From: Oscillospiraceae bacterium
GTDB taxonomy: Bacteria; Bacillota; Clostridia; Oscillospirales; Ruminococcaceae
NCBI GenBank assembly: GCA_024695445.1
Contig: JAILIG010000117.1
Span: forward strand, 1,041-65,040
Direction of reading: 5' to 3'
Length of the DNA stretch: 64,000 nucleotides
The notes under the pieces are model-generated. The model saw only the letters and a list, made by a program, of their open reading frames with translations. It searched no databases and was not told the origin of the DNA. The position numbers and the translations under genes were made by a program. Of this stretch, positions 1-6,895 are shown one piece after another. The number at the start of each line of letters is the position of its first letter. The first letter of the stretch is position 1.

Positions 1-873
1 GTCGGCGGTGCAATTCCGATTATCCGCCCGCTGCACAGATGCCTCGCCGCAAATGAAATTTCCGCGATTTACGGCATTCTGAACGGCACCACTAATTTCA
101 TCCTCAACAAAATGCTGTCAGACGATATGCCGTTTCAGGATGCGCTGAAGCTGGCACAGGATCTCGGCTATGCCGAGCGTGAGCCGAGCGCTGATGTTGA
201 CGGGCACGATGCCTGCCGGAAAATCTGTATTCTGTCCTCTCTGGCATTCGGCAGGCATGTCTATCCGGAAAGCGTCCATACCGAAGGAATCCGGGATATT
301 TCGCTGGAAGATGCCGCCGCTGCGGATGCACTGGACGGCTCCGTCAAACTGATTGCGTTTGTCAAAAAGCTTGATGACGGCTCAATCCTGCCGGCTGTCA
401 TGCCGATGTATGTTCCGCACGAGAATATGATTTCGCGTGTAGACGGCGTGTTCAACTGTGTAGAAGTCTGCGGCGATGCGATTGACCGCGCTTATTTCTG
501 CGGCCGCGGAGCCGGAAAGCTGCCGACTGCAAGCGCCGTAATGGGCGATGTCATCGAAGCCTCGAAGCACCACAAGACAGTCTTTTCGCAGTTCTGGGTT
601 GATGCCGGCACGCAGAATTTCATTTCCGGGGTTGAGAAACTGGTATGCGGCGTAATGATCCGCTTCTCTGCCGCATACAATGCCGCTGAAATCAGCAGCT
701 TTGCATCGGAATACCTTGCAAAGGCAGGTCACCCCGATGAAGAAATCGCAGCCGTAGACAACGCCTGCCTGATTACAGTTCCGATGAATCAGAGCGAACG
801 GCAGGCGCTCCTCGATGCGTTCAGGCAGAAGGGCTATCTCATCGCGCATACGCTGCCTGTCATGGACGCCTGA
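1..873 (+). CDS. hom: Homoserine dehydrogenase, C-terminal portion (5' end outside window; frame 1 open from nt 1)
   Basis: Frame-1 translation from nt 1 reads VGGAIPIIRPL..ILNGTTNFILNKM..LKLAQDLGYAEREPSADVDGHDACRKICIL. This is the conserved core of homoserine dehydrogenase, followed by an ACT-like tail. Track ORF 112..873 is only the part after the first Met. Confidence 0.9.
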   Translation, partial: VGGAIPIIRPLHRCLAANEISAIYGILNGTTNFILNKMLSDDMPFQDALKLAQDLGYAEREPSADVDGHDACRKICILSSLAFGRHVYPESVHTEGIRDISLEDAAAADALDGSVKLIAFVKKLDDGSILPAVMPMYVPHENMISRVDGVFNCVEVCGDAIDRAYFCGRGAGKLPTASAVMGDVIEASKHHKTVFSQFWVDAGTQNFISGVEKLVCGVMIRFSAAYNAAEISSFASEYLAKAGHPDEEIAAVDNACLITVPMNQSERQALLDAFRQKGYLIAHTLPVMDA

Positions 874-887
874 ACGGGATCACAAAT

Positions 888-923
888 AAACGGAGCCGAA
901 GTTTGTGCCTTCGGCTCCGTTTT
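888..923. terminator. Bidirectional intrinsic terminator between convergent hom and clpB
   Basis: Perfect 14-bp stem AAACGGAGCCGAAG/CTTCGGCTCCGTTT with a 7-nt loop, an A-run before and a T-run after. Confidence 0.75.
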
Positions 924-925
924 GT

Positions 926-3526
926 TCAGCTCTGAATCGAGCAGACAAATTCACTTCCGTTATAGTCAACAGAAATCGTTCCGCCTGCCGGAATCGGCTC
1001 ACTCAGCATCCGCTTTGCAACGAGCGTTTCGATCTTCCGCTGCATCAGACGCTTGAGCGGACGGGCACCGAAGCTCGGATCATAGCCCTGCTCCATGACA
1101 GCCGTTTTTGCTGCGTCCGTCAGAGTCATATGAAGCTGCTGATCCTCCAGACGCTTTTGCAGATGCTCGGTCAGCAGATCGACAATCTTGCCGATCTCCG
1201 CCTTCGTCAGCGGCTTATAGCAGATGATCTCATCCAGACGGTTCAGGAATTCCGGACGGAACCGCTGCCGCAGAAGCGCATCCGTCTGTGCGCTTGCTTC
1301 ATCGGAAATCGTACCGTCCGGCTGAATGCCGGCGAGCAGCGCATCCGCACCGAGATTCGAGGTCAGAATCAGAATCGTATTCTTGAAATCAACGGTTCTG
1401 CCCTGGGAATCCGTGATTCTGCCGTCATCCAGGACCTGAAGCAGCAAATTGAATACATCTGGGTGCGCCTTTTCGATTTCGTCCAGCAGCACCACGCTGT
1501 ACGGTTTTCTCCGGACAGCCTCGGTCAGCTGGCCGCCCTCCTCATATCCGACATAGCCGGGAGGCGCTCCGATCAGTCTGCTGACGCTGAACTTCTCCAT
1601 ATATTCGCTCATGTCAATGCGGATGAGGTTCCGTTCATCGTCAAAGAGCGCTTCGGCAAGTGTTTTGGCAAGCTCTGTCTTGCCGACACCGGTCGGGCCG
1701 AGGAACAGGAAGGAACCGATCGGGCGGTTCGGATCCTGAATTCCGGCACGGGACCGCAGAATTGCCTCGCTGACTTTCTGCACGGCTTCATCCTGACCGA
1801 TGACGCGCTTGTGAAGCGTTTCATCGAGATGCAGCAGCTTTTCGCGGTCACCTTCCATGAGCTTGGCCACCGGAATACCGGTCCATCTGGCGACAATTCT
1901 GGCAATTTCGTCTTCTGTCACACAGTCACGCAGCAGTCTGGAGCTGCCGTTCTGTGCGCCGTTTTCCGCATCGGAAAGCTCCTTTTGCAGCGCCGGCAGC
2001 TTGCCGTATTTCAGCTCTGCAGCCTTATTGAGATCGTATTCCCGCTCTGCCAGTGCAATTTCTGCACGAAGCTGTTCCATTTCAGCTCGCAGTTCCTGCA
2101 CGCGGCTGATGCCCGACTTTTCATTCTCCCACTGTGCTTTCATGGCCGCAAACCGCTCACGGGAACCGGCCAGTTCCTTTTGCAGTTCGCTGAGATGTGC
2201 TTCGGAAACAGCATCATTTTCCTTTTTCAGAGCCGCCTCTTCAATTTCCATCTGCATGATCTTACGGGAGATTTCGTCCATTTCTGTCGGCATAGAATCC
2301 ATCTCGGTCCGAATCATGGCACAGGCCTCATCGACAAGGTCAATCGCCTTGTCCGGCAGGAAACGGTCGGAGATATAACGGTTCGAGAGCGTCGCAGCGG
2401 CAATCAGTGCCGCATCATGGATTTTGACGCCGTGGAACACCTCGTACCGCTCTTTCAGACCGCGCAGAATGGAAATCGTATCCTCCACAGTCGGCTCACC
2501 AACCTGCACAGGCTGGAACCGGCGTTCCAGTGCAGCGTCCTTTTCAATATATTTACGGTATTCGTCCAGTGTCGTCGCACCGATACAGTGCAGCTCGCCG
2601 CGTGCCAGCATTGGCTTCAGCAGATTGCCCGCGTCCATGGCACCATCTGTCTTTCCGGCACCGACAATCGTATGAAGCTCATCAATAAACAGCAGGATTT
2701 TGCCTTCCGACTTCTTGACTTCCTGCAGAACGGCCTTCAGACGCTCCTCAAATTCGCCGCGATACTTTGCACCGGCGACCAGCGCGCCAAGATCGAGTGA
2801 GAAGATCGTCCGGTCACGGAGGCTGTCCGGGACATCCCCTCTGGCAATTCTCTGTGCAAGGCCCTCCGCAATCGCTGTTTTACCGACACCAGGTTCACCG
2901 ATCAGCACAGGATTGTTTTTGGTCTTACGGGACAGAATCCGGATGACATTCCGGATTTCCGCATCTCTGCCGATGACGGGATCGAGCTTTTGCTGTTTTG
3001 CACGCGCCGTCAGATCCTGTCCGTATTTCTTCAGCGCATCATAGGTTGCCTCCGGCGTCTCTGTCGTCACACGCGTATTGCCGCGAATCTCGCGCAGAGC
3101 TTTCAGCACGCTGTCTTCGGATACATGAAACTGCTGGAAGAGCTTTTGCAGGGTATTGTTCCGGCTGCGAAGCATCACAAGCAGCAAATGCTCCACCGAA
3201 ACATATTCATCCTGCATCTGCTTTGCGGCAGACTCCGCTTCTGCAAGAAGCTGTTCCGTTTCACGCGAAATATAGAAGGAATCCGCCGACCGGCCGCTTC
3301 CGGTCACATGGGGCAGCGCTGCAACAGCCTGCTCGGCCGCCTGCGTCAGGGCAGCCTGATTCACACCGGTTCTCTGCATGATCTGCGGAACCAGACCGTC
3401 CGCCTGCTGCATCAGAGCCGTAAACAGGTGAATCGGTTCGATCGCATTGTTCTGGTAGCTGGTGCAGAGCGTCTGCGCCTGCTGGATGGCTTCCAGTGTT
3501 TTCTGCGTCATGTTGTTTGCATTCAT
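926..3526 (-). CDS. clpB: ATP-dependent chaperone/disaggregase ClpB
   Basis: 866 aa. Clp N-domain, two AAA+ modules (Walker [11 protein letters not shown] and [12 protein letters not shown]) and a long coiled-coil middle domain. AAAGGAGG lies upstream of the ATG. Confidence 0.95.
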   Translation of the reverse strand: MNANNMTQKTLEAIQQAQTLCTSYQNNAIEPIHLFTALMQQADGLVPQIMQRTGVNQAALTQAAEQAVAALPHVTGSGRSADSFYISRETEQLLAEAESAAKQMQDEYVSVEHLLLVMLRSRNNTLQKLFQQFHVSEDSVLKALREIRGNTRVTTETPEATYDALKKYGQDLTARAKQQKLDPVIGRDAEIRNVIRILSRKTKNNPVLIGEPGVGKTAIAEGLAQRIARGDVPDSLRDRTIFSLDLGALVAGAKYRGEFEERLKAVLQEVKKSEGKILLFIDELHTIVGAGKTDGAMDAGNLLKPMLARGELHCIGATTLDEYRKYIEKDAALERRFQPVQVGEPTVEDTISILRGLKERYEVFHGVKIHDAALIAAATLSNRYISDRFLPDKAIDLVDEACAMIRTEMDSMPTEMDEISRKIMQMEIEEAALKKENDAVSEAHLSELQKELAGSRERFAAMKAQWENEKSGISRVQELRAEMEQLRAEIALAEREYDLNKAAELKYGKLPALQKELSDAENGAQNGSSRLLRDCVTEDEIARIVARWTGIPVAKLMEGDREKLLHLDETLHKRVIGQDEAVQKVSEAILRSRAGIQDPNRPIGSFLFLGPTGVGKTELAKTLAEALFDDERNLIRIDMSEYMEKFSVSRLIGAPPGYVGYEEGGQLTEAVRRKPYSVVLLDEIEKAHPDVFNLLLQVLDDGRITDSQGRTVDFKNTILILTSNLGADALLAGIQPDGTISDEASAQTDALLRQRFRPEFLNRLDEIICYKPLTKAEIGKIVDLLTEHLQKRLEDQQLHMTLTDAAKTAVMEQGYDPSFGARPLKRLMQRKIETLVAKRMLSEPIPAGGTISVDYNGSEFVCSIQS

Positions 3527-3634
3527 AGGAATACCTCCTTTATAGTCTAAGCAGAAGTTATATTACTTCTTCCGGGTTGATTGCAAAATATCTCCGCCGT
3601 CCGTATCAGACGGCAAAACAGCTTGCTCCGGCAT

Positions 3635-4252
3635 CTATGTGAAAAATTGAGACACAGCATTTTTGGCAGCTTCACGGTCCGGCAGTTCAGCGAAATACGC
3701 TTTCAACGCTGCATCCACGCGCTTGATATACTGACCGATTGCTGCACCGATCTCTGCATTGGAACGAGTTTCCGTTCCGCGGATGCGGAATTGTCTGTCC
3801 CAGCTGCCGTTCATCGTACTGGAATCGGACGGAGCCGCGGCCCCTGCTGCGGTTTCATGCGCCGACCAGCAGCGGAAGAACTGTTCAGCCTCCTGCAACA
3901 GATTCTGATTTTGCGTCCGGAATGAGGCGTGCAGGACACCGATTGCCTGATCCGGCTGCCGGTACAACTCCACGCGGTACCGGATCGTCGGCTTGTAGCG
4001 GTACCGCAGCGGGCTTCTGATAATCAAAGTCCCGTCCGTCCCCTGCTCCTGAAGCTGATATAGTCCGGTCATCTGATTGGAAAGCGTATCCAGGATCTCG
4101 GCCATTCTGTGCTCCGGCGTCACATACCCGACTGCTTCTGCCAGAATCTGATTGATGAGTGCAGAGCGGCTGGTACCGCGCAGATAGGCCAGACGGTCAA
4201 CTGCGTCCACCACATCGGACTGCAGCACCAGACTGTAAACTGCTTTCGGCAT
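3635..4252 (-). CDS. Hypothetical protein with N-terminal ribbon-helix-helix (CopG/Arc-like) motif
   Basis: ORF 3635..4270. The second ATG (4252, MPKAVYSLVL) is preferred because AAGGAG lies 8 nt upstream of it. The N-terminus ..VDRLAYLRGTSRSALINQILAEAV.. looks RHH-like. The remaining ~150 aa are unrecognised. Confidence 0.55.
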   Translation of the reverse strand: MPKAVYSLVLQSDVVDAVDRLAYLRGTSRSALINQILAEAVGYVTPEHRMAEILDTLSNQMTGLYQLQEQGTDGTLIIRSPLRYRYKPTIRYRVELYRQPDQAIGVLHASFRTQNQNLLQEAEQFFRCWSAHETAAGAAAPSDSSTMNGSWDRQFRIRGTETRSNAEIGAAIGQYIKRVDAALKAYFAELPDREAAKNAVSQFFT

Positions 4253-4348
4253 CTCTATCACTCCTTTCATGTTCTAATAACATTATACTCGTATTATAGA
4301 ATTTGTCAAGCTTATTATATAGTTTTTCACACAAGTTTCACTTTTGCA

Positions 4349-4377
4349 TTGACGGGATGCCGTGTTTATGGTATAAT
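4349..4377 (+). promoter_or_regulatory. Sigma-A-type promoter upstream of alaX
   Basis: TTGACG (4349-4354), 17-nt spacer ending in TGg, TATAAT (4372-4377). Confidence 0.5.
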
Positions 4378-4423
4378 ATAGACTAGTATTCGCGGCAAAA
4401 CCGCAAAAAAGGAGCCTGATTTC

Positions 4424-5596
4424 ATGCTGACAAAAAAATTATATGACACAGACAGTTATCTGCGTGATTTTTCCGCAAAGGTTCTTCGCTGCGATCCGCT
4501 TCGTTCCACGGAAAAGCACCCGGAAGGCGCCGCCTTTGCCGTTGTGCTCGACCAGACAGCGTTTTTCCCGGAGGGCGGCGGCCAAACCTCGGACACCGGC
4601 AACATCGGCAGCGCCTCGGTGCTGGATGTGCAGGAAGTCAACGGTGAAATTGTTCACTACACCGATTCCGATCTGGAAATCGGTTCACTGGTACGCGGTG
4701 TCCTGAACTGGCAGGAGCGCTTCCGGAAGATGCAGAATCACACCGGCGAGCATCTGGTCTCCGGTATCGTACACACGCAGTTCGGCTACGATAATGTAGG
4801 CTTTCATCTCGGCACAGACGGCGTAACGGTTGATTTCAGCGGCGTGCTCTCCGACGCAGAGCTGCGCTTTGTGGAATACATTGCAAACCGTGTTGTCGGT
4901 CTGAATGTGCCTGTCACGGTCTCCTATCCTTCTCCGGAAGAATGTGCCGTGCTGGATTACCGCTCCAAGCTGGAGCTGACAGAAAATATCCGCATTGTCA
5001 CCATCGACGGCTGGGATTGCTGTGCCTGCTGCGCACCTCATGTGTCCCAGACCGGCGCAGTCGGCGGCGTCAAGATTCTCAGCAGCGAGAGCTGGAAAGG
5101 CGGCATCCGGATCCGGATGCTCTGCGGTATGGACGCGCTCGACGATTACCAGAAGCGCTGTGAGAACACAGCCCGGATTTCTGCGATGCTTTCTGCACCG
5201 CAGCTGGAAACGGCAGATGCCGTAGAGCGCCTGATGCAAAATTTACAGCATACCCGTGAAGAAGCAGCTGCATTAAAGCACGCGCTGCTGGATCTGCGGA
5301 TTGCTTCCCTCACGCCCACAGAAGGCAATCTGGTTCTCTTTGACGATCTGCTGGACAACAACAGTCTGAGGAACCTTGCCAATGCCGGAATCAAGCTCTG
5401 CAGCGGCATCTGTGCCGTGTTCTCCGGCAATGATACTGACGGCTACCGGTATATCATCGGCAGCAGCACGGTTCCGCTGCGCGCATGGTCCAAGGAATTC
5501 AACAGTGCGCTCAACGGCAGAGGCGGCGGCTCCGACCAGATGATCCAGGGTACGGTTCTGGCCGACGCTGCAAAAATCCAGCTGTTCTTCAAATAA
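4424..5596 (+). CDS. alaX: Alanyl-tRNA editing protein, AlaX-L type (tRNA_SAD editing domain + DHHA1-like C-terminus)
   Basis: 390 aa. Zinc/editing motifs HTGEHLVSG and CCACCAPHV typical of the AlaRS/ThrRS second additional domain. No aminoacylation domain. AAGGAG lies upstream of the ATG. Confidence 0.85.
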   Translation: MLTKKLYDTDSYLRDFSAKVLRCDPLRSTEKHPEGAAFAVVLDQTAFFPEGGGQTSDTGNIGSASVLDVQEVNGEIVHYTDSDLEIGSLVRGVLNWQERFRKMQNHTGEHLVSGIVHTQFGYDNVGFHLGTDGVTVDFSGVLSDAELRFVEYIANRVVGLNVPVTVSYPSPEECAVLDYRSKLELTENIRIVTIDGWDCCACCAPHVSQTGAVGGVKILSSESWKGGIRIRMLCGMDALDDYQKRCENTARISAMLSAPQLETADAVERLMQNLQHTREEAAALKHALLDLRIASLTPTEGNLVLFDDLLDNNSLRNLANAGIKLCSGICAVFSGNDTDGYRYIIGSSTVPLRAWSKEFNSALNGRGGGSDQMIQGTVLADAAKIQLFFK

Positions 5597-5603
5597 AACA
5601 GAC

Positions 5604-5640
5604 AAAAAAAGCCCCGCAGTCCTGGCAAGGGAACTACGGG
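5604..5640 (-). terminator. Intrinsic terminator oriented for the minus strand
   Basis: Minus-strand sequence is CCCGTAGTTCCCTTGCCAGGACTGCGGGG followed by TTTTTTT. On the plus strand no T-run follows the hairpin. Confidence 0.5.
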
Positions 5641-5657
5641 CACAGAATGAAGGATGT

Positions 5658-5738
5658 TTAATGGCAAAATGTCGGATCATAAACAACACATTTCCACTTA
5701 AAGATACGCGATCCATCCGCAGCTCCTGACCGCCGCAT
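5658..5738 (-). CDS. Candidate 26-aa small ORF (MRRSGAADGSRIFKWKCVVYDPTFCH); speculative
   Basis: Hand-translated, below the track length cutoff. AAGGAG (5755-5750) lies 11 nt upstream of ATG 5738. TTGATT-17-TATACT sits at 5790-5762. The terminator lies 18 nt after the TAA. Confidence 0.25.
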   Translation of the reverse strand: MRRSGAADGSRIFKWKCVVYDPTFCH

Positions 5739-5910
5739 CCGGTTCGTTTCTCCTTGATCACAGTATAGCGGATACCGCAGGAAAAATCAACCGGTTTTTG
5801 CAAACTGTCAGCAATTTGCGACTGCATTGAGAATACTTTGTCATCGGTTTGCAACTTTTCCGGCGAGTTGTAACAAAATAATGATAAAAATACAAACGGA
5901 GGCATTGCCT

Positions 5911-6843
5911 ATGATGCACTTCTTTAAAACGATCGACGGAGCACTTTGTCCGATTGATCACAAAGAGCCCGGGTGCTGGATTTCCGTTTACGAGCCGACA
6001 CAAGAGGAATTTCACACGCTGACCGTCGATTTCGGGCTGGATGTCGGATTTGTCCGTTCCTGTCTGGATGAAGAGGAGTCCTCCCGTATTGAGCGTGAAG
6101 GCAGCCAGACACTGATTATTGTAGACACGGCCGTCGCCGATGTGGAAAAAGATACGGATACGAAGGTCTATTCTACGGTTCCGCTCGGCATCATCAACAC
6201 AGAGGACTGTGTCTTTACGATTTCCCTGCGCAGAAATGATGTGCTGGCAGCGATTGCGGACGGAAAGCCCTACAATGTGCAGACACAGCTCCGGACGCAG
6301 TTTATTCTGCGGATTCTGATGCGCATTTCGGCTGGCTTTGTCCTGTATCTGAAGCAAATCGACAAAATTTCCTATTCCATGGAGCGGCAACTCAGCGGCG
6401 CCATGAAGAATCAGGAGATCATTCAGCTCATGGGACTGGAGAAATCCCTCGTTTACTTCTCCACATCCCTGAAAGCGAATCTCGCCACAATTGAGAAGAT
6501 CCAGCGCGGCAGAGCCGTGAAGCTCTATCCCGAAGACGAGGACCTGATGGACGATGTCACAATCGAGTTCCGGCAGGCCTCTGAAATGGCGAGCATCTAC
6601 AGCGGCGTCCTTTCTGCCATGATGGACGCATTCTCCTATGTCATCGCCAACAACCAGAACTCCGTCATGTGGCGCTTGACGATCATCACGGTGATCATTG
6701 AGATTCCGAACATCATCTTTGCCTTTTACGGCATCAACACGAATACACTCCCCTTTGCGATGAGCTGGGTGTATCCGTTCCTGATTTCGATTGTAGCGAC
6801 AGCGATTGTCGCCGTTGTGATGTTCCGTTACCGAAAATTCTGA
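5911..6843 (+). CDS. CorA-superfamily divalent-cation transporter (GIN variant of the GMN loop)
   Basis: ORF 5827..6843. ATG 5911 (MMHFFKTIDG) has GGAGG upstream. Cytoplasmic CorA-like domain plus two C-terminal TM helices joined by FYGINTN (canonical YGMNF). Confidence 0.85.
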   Translation: MMHFFKTIDGALCPIDHKEPGCWISVYEPTQEEFHTLTVDFGLDVGFVRSCLDEEESSRIEREGSQTLIIVDTAVADVEKDTDTKVYSTVPLGIINTEDCVFTISLRRNDVLAAIADGKPYNVQTQLRTQFILRILMRISAGFVLYLKQIDKISYSMERQLSGAMKNQEIIQLMGLEKSLVYFSTSLKANLATIEKIQRGRAVKLYPEDEDLMDDVTIEFRQASEMASIYSGVLSAMMDAFSYVIANNQNSVMWRLTIITVIIEIPNIIFAFYGINTNTLPFAMSWVYPFLISIVATAIVAVVMFRYRKF

Positions 6844-6854
6844 ATCAGCAAAAC

Positions 6855-6886
6855 AAGAGACCGTCCATTCCGGACGGTCTCTTTTT
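6855..6886. terminator. Bidirectional terminator between corA-like gene and CotH gene
   Basis: 12-bp perfect stem AAGAGACCGTCC/GGACGGTCTCTT, 5-nt loop, followed by a T-run. Confidence 0.8.
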
Positions 6887-6895
6887 CTGATGTCA

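Noticed and set aside
905-2800. 631-aa plus-strand ORF overlapping clpB
   Set aside because: It is antisense to a gene with unmistakable ClpB motifs. Its translation is low-complexity and Leu/Arg-rich with no motifs, which is the typical shadow ORF of a GC-rich coding region.
3596-3614. GCCGTC..GACGGC hairpin as terminator of the RHH gene
   Set aside because: The stem is only 6 bp and the U-run is on the wrong side for the minus strand, so it is not annotated.
5641-5910. Possible M-box (Mg2+) riboswitch upstream of the corA-like gene
   Set aside because: None of the conserved M-box segments is recognisable, and the only strong hairpin is oriented for the opposite strand.
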